Positions 36,253 to 47,117 of a stretch of DNA of 64,000 nucleotides are shown here, piece by piece; within the stretch, counting starts at the first letter, position 1; each line of letters opens with the position of its first letter. The position numbers were made by a program, and so were the translations under genes. The DNA is from Candidatus Latescibacterota bacterium (GTDB lineage Bacteria > Latescibacterota > UBA2968 > UBA8231), in the NCBI GenBank assembly GCA_965208105.1, contig OZ242318.1:4352001-4416000 (forward strand). The letters run 5' to 3'. The notes below the pieces were generated by a model. That model saw nothing but the letters and a program-made list of their open reading frames with translations. It searched no databases and had not been told where the DNA came from.

Positions 36253-38448
36253 GTGAAACGAGTAGGGTCCACCGCGCAGAGGTTGAAACAACTGCCATAT
36301 GAGAAAAGGGTGTGCAGAACCGAGTACCACACACACGTCCTCAAACCGTACTCGGGTGAAGACGAGGTTGCCGGTCCCACCATAGAGGAAGAGATTGAGG
36401 GGTGGGTCGAAGCCGGCCTGGAGGTCTGGGTTGTCAGCGGCGAAGTCGATCGCGGCACACCCCTCTGGCCATCCAGGATCATGGAAACCCATCCCGACGC
36501 AGACCCCGACCGCATCTCCAGGTTCATAGACCTGTGTCACGAGCACGGCATCATCGTCCTGAGTTACTACCCTTTCACCTTCACCAAGAAGCTGGTCGAC
36601 ATCCACCCGGAGTGGATGATTCAGATGCTGGATGATGGCCTCCCCGGGATCTGGAACGAGGGGTGGTTCTGCGTCAACTCGCCGTACCGGGACTGGCTGC
36701 CAGAGTACCTCATCGAGATGTTCGACCACCTGGATTTCGACGGCATCTACTTCGATGACACCAACTGGGGCTCGCATTCAGGCACCCAACGTCCCACCGT
36801 AGGCTGTTGCTGCAAGTATTGTCAAGACCTCTATCTGGAAGCGACGGGATCGCAGTTGCCCAGCAAGGTGGACCTGGACTCCATGGAGTTCCGGCGGTTT
36901 GTGAATTGGCGCTACGACAAATGGCTCGAAGGAATCGAGCACGTCACCCAAAAGGTTCACGCAAAGTATCCGGACGCGATCATCGACTGGTACAACTATG
37001 GGGGGTGCGCGCGCCAGACCCCGGATATGTGCTGGACCATGGGCCATCCGCTGAATCCGGTAAACGGAAGCTCCTATTTCTTCTCCAGGCTGGCCTCCAT
37101 CGAGAATCCGACCTTTGCCGCCAAGCGGTTCAAAGCTGCCGCCCCCACCTTCGGTTTTTGGATGTGTCAGAGGCCGATGTTGCCCGAGTGCGAGACCCAC
37201 AGTGCGCCCTATCCAGCGCCGTACTCGCAATTGGTCTGCGGGCTGACTACCGTCGCCCACGGCGGGGCGGCCATCGCTCCCTTTCTCAGGGCGGGCGAGC
37301 ACACCGCGTTCGGGGACGCCGCGAAGTCTATCTTCACCGAGCTGAAAAAGCTGCGGCCGTACGTCGGCGATAAATCGTTCAGGTATCTCGCTCTTCATTT
37401 CTCCCAGCAAACCAAGGACTTCGGCTATTACAAGGAGGCCGACAACTTCTGGCGGCAGATGCGGGGCAGCTGCGAGATGCTCACGCGCTCGCAGATTTTG
37501 ACGGACATCGTTTTCGACCAGCAGCTGACTTACGACCACCTCTCGTCCTATCGGATGCTGATGCTCTCTGACAGCAGGTGTCTCGCGGACAAGGAGGTGG
37601 AGGAGATCACCCGGTATGTGTCGGAAGGAGGAACCCTCCTGGCGACCTATGAGACCTCCCTCTACGACGAGATGGGACAGCGGCGCGAGAATTTCGCACT
37701 GGCAGAACTGTTTGGCATGGACTACCGGAGTTCACCCGCCGTGCCCGACGAAGAGACGGGCGCCGTCGATCCTGCACAAGGCAACCTTTACGTGCCACAG
37801 GAGGAAAGTCTGCGCGAGCAGCTCGGCTACATTGTGGCCTTCGTCGCCAAACAGACGGAGGTTTCGGCCAGGCCAGACAGCCAGATCGAGGTCCCGTTCA
37901 CGAAAAGCAGCCTCGAGCATCGGGATGGCCGGCCTCCCCTGGATCACTTTTACGCCCGCGGTGACTACGATTCCGGCCTCCCGGCGGTCACTGTGAACAG
38001 CTTTGGCAAGGGCAAGGCAATCTATGTCTGCGGCGACGTTGGGGGTGGGTACGACCGCAATCCCCTGCCTCAGCTGAAGCGGATTCTCACCTGCCTGGCG
38101 AATATGGGAGCGCCGCCGATCGAGGTGGAGGCGCCTGGCGTCATCGAGGTGACCGCCACCTGGCGCAGTCCCAAAGAGGTATCCATTCACCTGCTCAACA
38201 ATCCGTGGCCGTTCATGCCATGGAGACCCGGACAGGAACACCAGGAAATCAGGCAGATGTTCGAGAGATGCCTGTTCATAAAAGAGGTGGTGCCGGTACC
38301 CGGCGTCGCCATCACCGTCAACGGCCTTGAGGTGAAGAGCGCTTCGTTGCCGCTGCAAGGCAAGGAGCTGCCAGTGGACGGGGAACCGCTGAGGATTGTT
38401 TTGCCCAACGTGGGGATTCAGGAGATCCTCCTGCTGCAACTGGCTTAG
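36253..38448 (+). CDS. Glycoside hydrolase-like protein (GHL6/GH42-like) with beta-galactosidase trimerisation domain
   Basis: HPEW...CVNSPY...FDGIYFD, CCCKYC, YVSEGGTLLATYETSLYDE, NSFGKGKAIY. Confidence 0.85.
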   Translation: MKRVGSTAQRLKQLPYEKRVCRTEYHTHVLKPYSGEDEVAGPTIEEEIEGWVEAGLEVWVVSGEVDRGTPLWPSRIMETHPDADPDRISRFIDLCHEHGIIVLSYYPFTFTKKLVDIHPEWMIQMLDDGLPGIWNEGWFCVNSPYRDWLPEYLIEMFDHLDFDGIYFDDTNWGSHSGTQRPTVGCCCKYCQDLYLEATGSQLPSKVDLDSMEFRRFVNWRYDKWLEGIEHVTQKVHAKYPDAIIDWYNYGGCARQTPDMCWTMGHPLNPVNGSSYFFSRLASIENPTFAAKRFKAAAPTFGFWMCQRPMLPECETHSAPYPAPYSQLVCGLTTVAHGGAAIAPFLRAGEHTAFGDAAKSIFTELKKLRPYVGDKSFRYLALHFSQQTKDFGYYKEADNFWRQMRGSCEMLTRSQILTDIVFDQQLTYDHLSSYRMLMLSDSRCLADKEVEEITRYVSEGGTLLATYETSLYDEMGQRRENFALAELFGMDYRSSPAVPDEETGAVDPAQGNLYVPQEESLREQLGYIVAFVAKQTEVSARPDSQIEVPFTKSSLEHRDGRPPLDHFYARGDYDSGLPAVTVNSFGKGKAIYVCGDVGGGYDRNPLPQLKRILTCLANMGAPPIEVEAPGVIEVTATWRSPKEVSIHLLNNPWPFMPWRPGQEHQEIRQMFERCLFIKEVVPVPGVAITVNGLEVKSASLPLQGKELPVDGEPLRIVLPNVGIQEILLLQLA

Positions 38449-38861
38449 CCGGGACTACCGTGAAGATGCGCTCACGTCTTCTGCCCCTGCTCGCTCTGTG
38501 GGGGGTTGCAGTCTACGGCGACGATCCGCCCCTGGACGAATTTTTTTCGGCACGACCGTTTCTGCGATGGAACCCTTCCCCGTACCATAACTTCGGCTGG
38601 CAGCATTCGCGCTCTGGTGGGATTCACCGAATTCGGACCACCGATCTAATCCAGCGAGGCTGCGCCTCAGACCGCCAAGGCATGTGAAAGTCGCCACATG
38701 AACCTCGATCCAACGGCATCAAAAACCGCGCCCAAAGGAGGCCGCCCCCTCGCCGTCCGCGCCCGGTAGCTCGCCTGATTCACCAAACTTGACTCAACTA
38801 CTAAAAAACTGCGTTCCAAAGCAGGCTAGTGCGGGTTGCTGCAAATGCCGGGAGAAACGGA

Positions 38862-39785
38862 ATGAAACAGGAAGATTACGAATTCTTCAAGGAGAACGGC
38901 TACCTATCGCTTGGGAAGATCCTGAGCGATGAGGAGGTGATCCATTTTGCGAACCTCTTCGACCGGAATCGACGGGACTTCGGTCGTTTCTGGAACGACA
39001 ATGGCACCTGGCAAACCCAGCACTGCGAGGTGCTCCTGACAGCGCCCGAGTTCGATGAACTCATTCGCCATCCCCGGGTCCTCGAACCTCTCCAGGCGCT
39101 AATGGGCGGCGAGGTCTGCTTCTGCGAGATCAGTCTCCGGCACATGGGTCCGTATGCGGGCGAATGGCTTCCCGGGATGACGTCGTGGGAAGGGTCCGTA
39201 GGGCGACGCTGGCATCGCGACAGTGGGCACCTGGTGTGGCGGAAACATCCGTTGCGTCTAACCTATGTTCAGCTGATGGTTTACCTGGCGGAGGTCAACG
39301 AGACGACCCACAGCTTCGCCATTTCACCCCAATCGGTCGATCAAGAGATGCTGGATACGGAAGCTCAGCTCGAGCGCGGCGGCATCCACGACCAGCACGG
39401 CGTTGCTGGTACGGCCTTGCTGTTCAATCTCTCCCGTCTGCATACAGTTACCGTGCGGCCGACCCGGTCCGCACGCAAGACCGCGCAGATCTACTACGGC
39501 CACCGGAATCACGAGTACCTCAGCGAGTCTACTTATATACCCACTCGACTTTGGAGGAATCATCCGGACACAGAAGTGCGTGGATTCTATAGCGTTCTCA
39601 ACGGAAAAACCCAGGAATACCTGGAGAGCACCACCACCCCGGAGCAGGGCCCGGTGAATCAGGTGCTGGAAACCTTGGCCGATATTCAGGAGAACGCAAA
39701 CCTGCCGAAGAAGTACGGACCCCGCTGGCGTTACACGGTGCACGGCACAAAGAGGAAACGAAGTCCGGCAAGGCATCGCCATTGA
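38862..39785 (+). CDS. PhyH family dioxygenase
   Basis: FFKENGY, WHRD, LHTVTVRP. Confidence 0.82.
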   Translation: MKQEDYEFFKENGYLSLGKILSDEEVIHFANLFDRNRRDFGRFWNDNGTWQTQHCEVLLTAPEFDELIRHPRVLEPLQALMGGEVCFCEISLRHMGPYAGEWLPGMTSWEGSVGRRWHRDSGHLVWRKHPLRLTYVQLMVYLAEVNETTHSFAISPQSVDQEMLDTEAQLERGGIHDQHGVAGTALLFNLSRLHTVTVRPTRSARKTAQIYYGHRNHEYLSESTYIPTRLWRNHPDTEVRGFYSVLNGKTQEYLESTTTPEQGPVNQVLETLADIQENANLPKKYGPRWRYTVHGTKRKRSPARHRH

Positions 39786-39848
39786 CAGAACGTAACGGTT
39801 GACAATGTTGGTGAGTGATGCCACCTTGGCTCTGTCCTAGGAGGACAG

Positions 39849-40583
39849 ATGATGTTTCTGGAAAAGAGAAGAGTCCTGGTTTTCAGCGCGCACGCCGCTG
39901 ATTTCTGTTCCCGTGCCGGCGGAACGATTGCCCGCTTCGTCGATGAGGGAGCAGTGGTCCACGTGCACGATCTGACCTACGGGGAGCGGTGCGAGGCGCC
40001 GGCGTTGTGGTCCCTCGACCCGCCTCCGTCCCTGAATGAAATCAAGGCGATCCGCAAAGAGGAGATCGAGGGAGCCGCCGGCATCCTCGGAGCGACGATC
40101 GATTGCTTCGACTTCGGCGACTGCCCGCTCCTGCTGGGCCCGGAGCGGCGGCTGCAGATCATGGATGCGATACGCGCCTTCCAACCCGACCTGGTTCTCT
40201 GCCATTGGATCGACGACCTCCTCCATCCCGATCACGTCGAGACAGCTCAGGCGGTACTGTGGGCGAGGTGCTACTGCGACGTGGCGGGCGTCGAAACCGA
40301 GCACCCGCCATGCAGGGTGCCCGAGTATGTATGCTACGAGGCCCAGCTTGCGACCTCACCGGTGACGAGGTTTTTACCCGAGTTCTACGTGAACATCGAC
40401 TCCACCATCGAGCGCAAAGTGGAGGCGATGAAGAAGCTGGCTGCGCAACCCGCGCTGCCAGAGCAGTACACCATCCTTGCGCAATACCGCGGCCTCGAGG
40501 CGCAGATCACCGCCGGAATGAAGGATTGCAAGCACGCCGAGGGGTTTCGTCGACTCGGTACCGGTGAAGCAGGTAGCCGGTAG
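39849..40583 (+). CDS. PIG-L family deacetylase-like (GalB-like) protein
   Basis: SAHAADFCSRAGG, LTYGERCE, HPDH. Confidence 0.85.
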   Translation: MMFLEKRRVLVFSAHAADFCSRAGGTIARFVDEGAVVHVHDLTYGERCEAPALWSLDPPPSLNEIKAIRKEEIEGAAGILGATIDCFDFGDCPLLLGPERRLQIMDAIRAFQPDLVLCHWIDDLLHPDHVETAQAVLWARCYCDVAGVETEHPPCRVPEYVCYEAQLATSPVTRFLPEFYVNIDSTIERKVEAMKKLAAQPALPEQYTILAQYRGLEAQITAGMKDCKHAEGFRRLGTGEAGSR

Positions 40584-40637
40584 CTGACCTTACAGGGGAA
40601 GTCGGTATGCGAAAACAGAACAGGAACGGGAGGGATT

Positions 40638-41462
40638 ATGATCATTGACGCCCACCTTCACGTCTGGAGCGATGACTACGAGCGCTACCCCTTTGCCGAA
40701 GGAGTAGACAGGAAGGAGAGCGCACCGGTGGAGTTGTTGAATGAGACGATGGATAAGGCAGGCGTGGACAAGGCCGTCATCGTCCAGCCGGCCTACTACC
40801 TTTACGACAACCGCTACGTGGCGGAGTGCCTGCGGCGCTTCCCCGGAAAATTCGCCGCCATCGGGTTGCTGGACCGCCATGCCCCGGACACGCCCGACCA
40901 GCTCCAGCGTCTAGTTGAGGAGGACGGCTTCGCCGGTCTCCGCATTCACCTCTCGCGACCGGACGATCCCGCAGAATGGGCTGCCCCTGACCAGGATCCG
41001 ACCTGGCAGCGGGCGGAGAAGCTCGGAGCCACCTTCATCGTCTACGGGCCGGCGCCGCTGCTGCCGGCCATCGAGCCCATCATCGCCCGGTTTCCAGGGG
41101 TCAAGGTGGTTTTAGACCACATGGGCCGCGCTCCCACGGACGAGGATCCGCCCTATCCGGTATTGAGCATCGTGCTGAACCTGGCGAAGTATGCCAATGT
41201 CTACGTCAAGTTCACGCCTCAGTTGCCCACATCGACACGGCCCTATCCGCACGAGGACACTTTCCCCACCTACCAGCGCATCTACGATGCCTTCGGTCCC
41301 GAACGCCTGATGTGGGGGACCGACTTCCCCCACGTGCTCAAAGCCCCGGGCTACGGCCCGGCGCTGGAGATGTTTCGGACCCACATGGACTTCCTTACTG
41401 AAGAGGACAAGGCGTGGCTGTTCAGCAAGACGGCTCTCTCGGTGTGGTCGTTTGCAGATTAG
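40638..41462 (+). CDS. Amidohydrolase_2 family protein
   Basis: IDAHLHVW, LDHMG, MWGTDFPH. Confidence 0.92.
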   Translation: MIIDAHLHVWSDDYERYPFAEGVDRKESAPVELLNETMDKAGVDKAVIVQPAYYLYDNRYVAECLRRFPGKFAAIGLLDRHAPDTPDQLQRLVEEDGFAGLRIHLSRPDDPAEWAAPDQDPTWQRAEKLGATFIVYGPAPLLPAIEPIIARFPGVKVVLDHMGRAPTDEDPPYPVLSIVLNLAKYANVYVKFTPQLPTSTRPYPHEDTFPTYQRIYDAFGPERLMWGTDFPHVLKAPGYGPALEMFRTHMDFLTEEDKAWLFSKTALSVWSFAD

Positions 41463-41570
41463 GGCGCCATCCGCTGCCCACACGAGCTCGTTTCGATCCG
41501 TTCGCGGTGGGCTCTTGACCAGTCTACGAGGAGGCTCCACATCTACAATCAGGCCGTCGAAATCCCAGGA

Positions 41571-43541
41571 ATGGTAACGATCCAAGCGACGAAGGTTGCG
41601 GCGCCCCCGGCCTGGGCGCTTTTGGAGCGCAACCTGATCGAGCTGATGGAGCAATCCGCCCGCCAGTTCGTCAAAAAGTACACCGAACGTGGCGGTGCGA
41701 CCCTGCTCGCCGAGGATCTCGACGACCTCTACGAGCAGTTCTACAACTACGGTCTCTTGTATGCCATTGGCGGCGCCGACGACCTTTTGGACCTCCATCT
41801 GCAGCAGTGGAACGCCGCCACCCGCATCAGCGACGAGAGTATTCAACACCGTCCCAACTTGCACGAAGACTTTATCAGGGTCTACCAGCCCTCCATCCAC
41901 AACGAGTTCTGGAACTTGGATGCGGCCGCGGAATGGCACCATCTCGGGGAAGGGGGTACGGCGTTCTATCACATGGGTTTGGGCGATCCGACCATCTCCG
42001 AAAACGTGCGTCGAGCCAGACGATTCGCGGCCATGTTCATCGGCGAAGACCCCGAAGCCCCCAACTGGGACCCCGACCACCGGATCCTGCGCTCCCCCTT
42101 CCATTCCAGCCAGGGCCCCAAGCTGGAAGGGGACGCGACGCTCGCCAACGTGATGCTCCTGGGTGGACGTCGGCTGGGAGACCCGGGTAACTATTACGGG
42201 GTCAGGGCGAGCCTCTACCCTCACGTCAAGCACCTCGAAGCCCGCTGGTTCGAGAAACCCAAGCGCCGACAGCAGATCCTCGACCTGTTCAACAATGTGG
42301 TCCTGCAATGCGACACCCCCAGCAGTCTGGCCGCCACGGCGCTGGTGACCAACGCCTACCTGTACACCGGGGACGAGCGCTACAAGCAATGGGTTCTGAA
42401 CTACGTCGAGGCCTGGATGGAGCGCGCCGAGCAGAACGGCGGCATCGTCCCTGACAACGTGGATGCGAACGGCGTCATCGGCGGGGGGAGAGAGGGTGTC
42501 TGGTGGGGAGGACAGTACGGCTGGACCTCCTTTAAGGGCTGCAACATCATGTTCAACGGGATCAACATCGGCGTCGAGTGCGCTCAACTGCTCACCGGAG
42601 ACAGCAGCTACCTTGGTTTTCTGCGCTCGCAGCTCAAGATCCGACTCGATCAGGGATTCCGGCGCGAAGACGGTCAGTTCGTCGTACCCTATCGGTATGG
42701 TCCCGATGGCTGGGAGATGGGAGAGCCGATCGAACCTTACGAAGACGACGGCATTCCGATGGGAGAATGGTCTTACGCGCCTCCCAGCCCGATGAATGCA
42801 CAGGAGATGATGCACCTCTACCACGCTTCCATGTCCCGGGAAGACTACGAGTTGATCACTCATGTCCGTGATGGCGAGGTGGAGCGGGACTGGAACGAGG
42901 TCGGATCCGCCCTGGGCGAGAAGAACGCAGGGGAGACCGAGTTCGCCCGGTTCCAGTACTACGATGGCAAGAACCCGGATTGGCCCGAGAAGATCCTCGG
43001 CGCCGAGTATCGGCACGCCCTGGAGATCTACGAGCAGATTCGGCGCGACGAGCGCACGCCTCACGAGATGGTCCTGACCAACGAGTTCCCGTACCAGCCG
43101 GTGGTGACCAAGGGGCTGACCCAGGTCACGATGGGCGCGCCGCAGACGATCTACTGCGGCGGAATCCTGCGCGCCACGGTGCGCTACTTCGACCAGGATC
43201 GGGCTCGGCCCGGATTGCCAGGGGAGGTGGCCGCTCTCGTGAATAAGCTGGGCCCCGAGGTCGTGGGCCTCCAACTCGTCAACACCAGTCGCAGCCAGAC
43301 GCGCAATCTCATCGTGCAGGCGGGGGCCTTCGGCGAACACCGGTTCACGCAAATCAGGTACCACGAGGAGGGTCGCGATGGCGAGACCGTCGCGCCTGTG
43401 AATGCGAACTATTTCGCCGTTGGACTTCCGCCGTCCACGTGCATTCGTCTCGAAGTTGGTCTGAACCGCTTCGTCAACGCGCCGAGCTACGCCTTTCCAT
43501 GGCACGGAGACAAGATTCCCGTACCGTACCAGACCCTTTAG
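41571..43541 (+). CDS. Conserved hypothetical protein (possible alpha/alpha-barrel lyase or hydrolase)
   Basis: 656-aa ORF with normal codon use; DDLYE, AEWHH, GIVPDNV, WWGGQYGW motifs. Confidence 0.8.
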   Translation: MVTIQATKVAAPPAWALLERNLIELMEQSARQFVKKYTERGGATLLAEDLDDLYEQFYNYGLLYAIGGADDLLDLHLQQWNAATRISDESIQHRPNLHEDFIRVYQPSIHNEFWNLDAAAEWHHLGEGGTAFYHMGLGDPTISENVRRARRFAAMFIGEDPEAPNWDPDHRILRSPFHSSQGPKLEGDATLANVMLLGGRRLGDPGNYYGVRASLYPHVKHLEARWFEKPKRRQQILDLFNNVVLQCDTPSSLAATALVTNAYLYTGDERYKQWVLNYVEAWMERAEQNGGIVPDNVDANGVIGGGREGVWWGGQYGWTSFKGCNIMFNGINIGVECAQLLTGDSSYLGFLRSQLKIRLDQGFRREDGQFVVPYRYGPDGWEMGEPIEPYEDDGIPMGEWSYAPPSPMNAQEMMHLYHASMSREDYELITHVRDGEVERDWNEVGSALGEKNAGETEFARFQYYDGKNPDWPEKILGAEYRHALEIYEQIRRDERTPHEMVLTNEFPYQPVVTKGLTQVTMGAPQTIYCGGILRATVRYFDQDRARPGLPGEVAALVNKLGPEVVGLQLVNTSRSQTRNLIVQAGAFGEHRFTQIRYHEEGRDGETVAPVNANYFAVGLPPSTCIRLEVGLNRFVNAPSYAFPWHGDKIPVPYQTL

Positions 43542-44059
43542 AACCTAAGGCAACTCTATTTGTGATCCTGTGTGCGCGGTCTTACTCCGAGGTCCCAACT
43601 GATGGTTAGCGCTCCGAAAACCAAAGCTCGCAATGTGATGGGCGGTTCAGTATTTTCAGGATGGTTCACAGGTGGCTTTCACACTTGCTCAGGAAAGCGA
43701 AACGTCAACAATTTCAAACATTGTTCGAGGCCGCACCGGGTGCGGAGGCCATCGTGCGCGGCTCCAGCCTTTTGATCAGCGAGTGGAGGCTCTCCCAGTC
43801 GCCGCGGCGGCGATCGATGAATGTCTGGGAAACCGAATCAACGGCCTGATTTTCGAACATGCGGGCAACGGCTTTCCGCGCTCCGGAACGGGGGGCGGTA
43901 ACCACCTGGGGAGGACACCATTGGATCACCGAAGAGAACACGGTGCGGCACATCAATTCGGTGGGCATCGAGATCGGCGCCTTCACCGACGAACGCGTCG
44001 ACAGCGGGGTTGACGACGAGCTCGAGGCATCGACTGCGAATCAACCGGGGGTAAAACAG

Positions 44060-45661
44060 GTGGCAGACAGAGAAGCAGCGCGCTGGCGTAAACGCAGAAT
44101 CATCTACAACAACGACGGCGACGACGTGGTCGTGGCCAAGACAGAGAATAATCTCAAGGCGGGATTGATGGCGCGCGGTGAGGGCGAACTGATCGAGGAC
44201 TTCTTGAATGCGCGCAGTGTGCCGTTGCTCGGGACCGGAGTGGACAGCATCTGGTATTCCACCTGCATGTCGGGACTGACCTTCACGCACCAGACGAATC
44301 TGGGAGGATTCCACGACAAGGGGATTCCGAAGGAGCTGGTTGACCGTTACGGCCGCGACAACCTCCAAATCCAGATCGACTTCGGTCACGAACATGACAT
44401 GGAGGTATTCTGGTCGCTGCGCATGAACGACACCCATGATGCCTGGCCGGGAGGCTCCCATCACCTGGTGGATGGGTTGGCTCCGTTCAAGCAGACACAT
44501 CCCGAGTTTCTCTTGAAAGAACCGGACGCCGCAAAGGAGCATCCTGGGGCGGGAGAGAGGAGCTGGTCGGCTGTCGATTTCAGTCATCACGAGGTTAGGG
44601 AGCACATATTCTCGCTCATTCAGGAGGTGTGCCAGGGGTACGACGTGGACGGGGTCGAGCTCGACTTTCTTCGAAGCTTTCCGTACTTCCCTGAAACGCG
44701 CGACTGGTGTGTGGTAGGGGAGCAGAACCTGGAGGCAATGACAGATCTGGTGCGCCGAGTCTGGCAGATGGCCCGGAAGGTGAGCCAGACACGAGGACGT
44801 CCACTGTTGGTGGCCGCACGCACGCCCTTCAGTGTTGCCGACGCTCGGTTCATTGGACTCGACCTGGAGAGGTGGCTCGGGGAGGGCTTGATCGACCTAT
44901 GGGTACCTGGCGGTCTCCAGGAGTCGATCATGACCGAATCGTTCGAGGAGATCGTAGAACTGGGGCACATACATGGAGTGCCGGTCTATCCCTGTATCGG
45001 ATGGGGGTTCTGGCAGCACTGGGCCTTTCTCGACGACGGAGCGAAAGAGTACCGGAGGCGCGAAGCGTGGATCGAAGCCCTTCGCAGTGAGAAGACGCCG
45101 TACTTCGTGGCGCTCAATTCGTGGGACGGGACAATGCCGTCATGGCGTGGTGCAGCAACGAATCTGTGGAACGCGAATCCGGATGGAATCTATGTCTTCA
45201 ACGGTTTCCACCGGGCCAGCATCCAGGCCTATGGAGAGATCGGCGACCTGGAAACGCTGGCAGATAAAGAGAAGATATTCGGCGTCGACCGGTTCGCCGG
45301 CGACTCCAGCTTCAAAGACCTGCGCGAGCTGGAACTGACGCCCGGAAATCCGGTCAGCGCCCGCTTTCAGATAGGGGAGGATTTGACAACTGGCAATTCT
45401 CATAAGCTGAGATTCCGCGTGCACCTCTGGGATGCCGGGAAAGGCGATCAGATAGAGGTAAAACTCAACGGCGAATCGCTCGATCTCAAGCCAGCCGGTG
45501 CTGTCCAGGCGGGGACGCGATGGCTGCAATGCTGGCTGGATCCGGATCGGGTGAAGAGGGGAGCAAACGACGTTGAGTTGCTGGCGAGCAGACGAGACGA
45601 ATCGATACAGACGCCTATCGTCTGGGATTCCGCCCAACTACACGTCAGCTCTACCCGCTAG
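44060..45661 (+). CDS. GHL10-like glycoside hydrolase TIM-barrel protein
   Basis: RRIIYNNDG, SLRMNDTH, YDVDGVELDFLR; start approximate. Confidence 0.8.
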   Translation: MADREAARWRKRRIIYNNDGDDVVVAKTENNLKAGLMARGEGELIEDFLNARSVPLLGTGVDSIWYSTCMSGLTFTHQTNLGGFHDKGIPKELVDRYGRDNLQIQIDFGHEHDMEVFWSLRMNDTHDAWPGGSHHLVDGLAPFKQTHPEFLLKEPDAAKEHPGAGERSWSAVDFSHHEVREHIFSLIQEVCQGYDVDGVELDFLRSFPYFPETRDWCVVGEQNLEAMTDLVRRVWQMARKVSQTRGRPLLVAARTPFSVADARFIGLDLERWLGEGLIDLWVPGGLQESIMTESFEEIVELGHIHGVPVYPCIGWGFWQHWAFLDDGAKEYRRREAWIEALRSEKTPYFVALNSWDGTMPSWRGAATNLWNANPDGIYVFNGFHRASIQAYGEIGDLETLADKEKIFGVDRFAGDSSFKDLRELELTPGNPVSARFQIGEDLTTGNSHKLRFRVHLWDAGKGDQIEVKLNGESLDLKPAGAVQAGTRWLQCWLDPDRVKRGANDVELLASRRDESIQTPIVWDSAQLHVSSTR

Positions 45662-45791
45662 CGTCAGGATATAGGACGGCGACCTGGCCGCACGTGCAAC
45701 CGGGCTCCCAACGTCAAATACTTCGGGTTCATCGAGGCGCTGGAATAGATGGTCCGCGTTGCCACAGGGAAGCTCTCCCTGCACGCAGCTT

Positions 45792-47027
45792 CTATGTCTG
45801 CAGCCGGACATCCAGCACGGCACGCTTGATGCGCTGGGTGCGCAGGCCGTGCGTGCCCATCTCCCGCGTGAAGTCGGAGTGCGAATAAATCACATGCAAT
45901 TTGCCGTCCCGCTGCATGGTGGATGTGTAAGAGCATCCTGGACCGGTGTGGAAGGCAAAGGGACACTCCCAGCGCCGGCCCGTCCCGTCCAGGCTCAGCA
46001 TGGCGTGGGTGATCTGGGGATGTCCATAGGCACCGCGGCCCGCCGCGCAGGCCAGAAGGCCGTTGGGCAGGACCTGCAGCCGCGGCTTCACACCCTGCCA
46101 GCCGGTGCTGGCGGGCGTGGACCAGGTGCGGCCACCGTCGTTGGACCGGGACTGAAACATGGGGGAGTAGCTGCCGGTGCGCATGACGCACAGGATGTCG
46201 CCGTCGGGTAAGATGGCCAGGTCGGCCTCGACGAAGCCCTCGTCCACCGCCCGGTCGTCGGCGCCATAGACCGGCCCGATCTCTCGCGGGTCGAAGACGG
46301 TCTCGACGTACCAGGTGCGCCCGCGGTCGCGCGAACGCACGATGATTACGCAGAATTCAACCTTGTAGCGCCGCCGGCCGGCCGCGTCGGTCTCCGCCAG
46401 CCACTGTACAGGCCCCGGTTGCGCTTCGAGGGCCGCAATGAAGTCGCCGTTGGCCAGTTCCAGGATCGACGCGTAACACTGGTAGGAAGCGATCTCCCAT
46501 GGCAGGCCTTCAACCGCGAAGGTGAAGGCCTCTGTCTGCTCGCCGCTGCGTTCCCAGTGCCACCAGTAGAAGCGCGGCTCGGCCTCCTGGTTGCGGACGT
46601 GGAAGGGGTCGCTGGGGCGCTCCAAGCCGCGCTCCCGCTCCGCAGTGGCCACGGTGTTGTGGTCGATGCGGACGACGGTGCCGTCGCGCAGGTAGCCCAG
46701 CGAGCTGGAGCTGAAGTCCATGTCGATCAGACCGGTGAGCAGGGGGGAATCGGGCGGGACGCAGATCCATGTCTCGCCGGCGTCTTCCGATGACCAGAAG
46801 CCCAGCGGCTCACCGTCTGGATCGCCGTGGCGGGCGCGATGGGCGCTTAAGAACAGCCGGTCACCATTCAATTCGACCAGTCCGGGGAAGTTGAGGATGG
46901 TATCCTCCGCTTCGACCCAGGTGTCGATCCGTTCGATTGCGATGGTGGCGCGGCGCCCACAGTCGACGTAGGTGGCCTCCTCGATCATCTGGAACACCTC
47001 CCAGGCGTCAGCCCCTTCCATCTCCAA
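45792..47027 (-). CDS. Exo-alpha-sialidase / BNR-repeat protein
   Basis: SEDAGETW, SRDRGRTW, SNDGGRTW. Confidence 0.82.
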   Translation of the reverse strand: MEMEGADAWEVFQMIEEATYVDCGRRATIAIERIDTWVEAEDTILNFPGLVELNGDRLFLSAHRARHGDPDGEPLGFWSSEDAGETWICVPPDSPLLTGLIDMDFSSSSLGYLRDGTVVRIDHNTVATAERERGLERPSDPFHVRNQEAEPRFYWWHWERSGEQTEAFTFAVEGLPWEIASYQCYASILELANGDFIAALEAQPGPVQWLAETDAAGRRRYKVEFCVIIVRSRDRGRTWYVETVFDPREIGPVYGADDRAVDEGFVEADLAILPDGDILCVMRTGSYSPMFQSRSNDGGRTWSTPASTGWQGVKPRLQVLPNGLLACAAGRGAYGHPQITHAMLSLDGTGRRWECPFAFHTGPGCSYTSTMQRDGKLHVIYSHSDFTREMGTHGLRTQRIKRAVLDVRLQT

Positions 47028-47117
47028 ACTCTACTGAAGGTCCATCCCTCTGGCAAAATATACCATGCATCCTGCACACTTCGGACTATCGAAAATATCC
47101 CGGTTTTCAGGGGACTG

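Noticed and set aside
41112-43505. 797-aa minus-strand ORF
   Set aside because: Antisense shadow of 41571-43541 and the amidohydrolase; expected in GC-rich DNA and has no motifs
47028-47117. Island boundary att site
   Set aside because: No tRNA, integrase or matching repeat visible; the other boundary is outside the window
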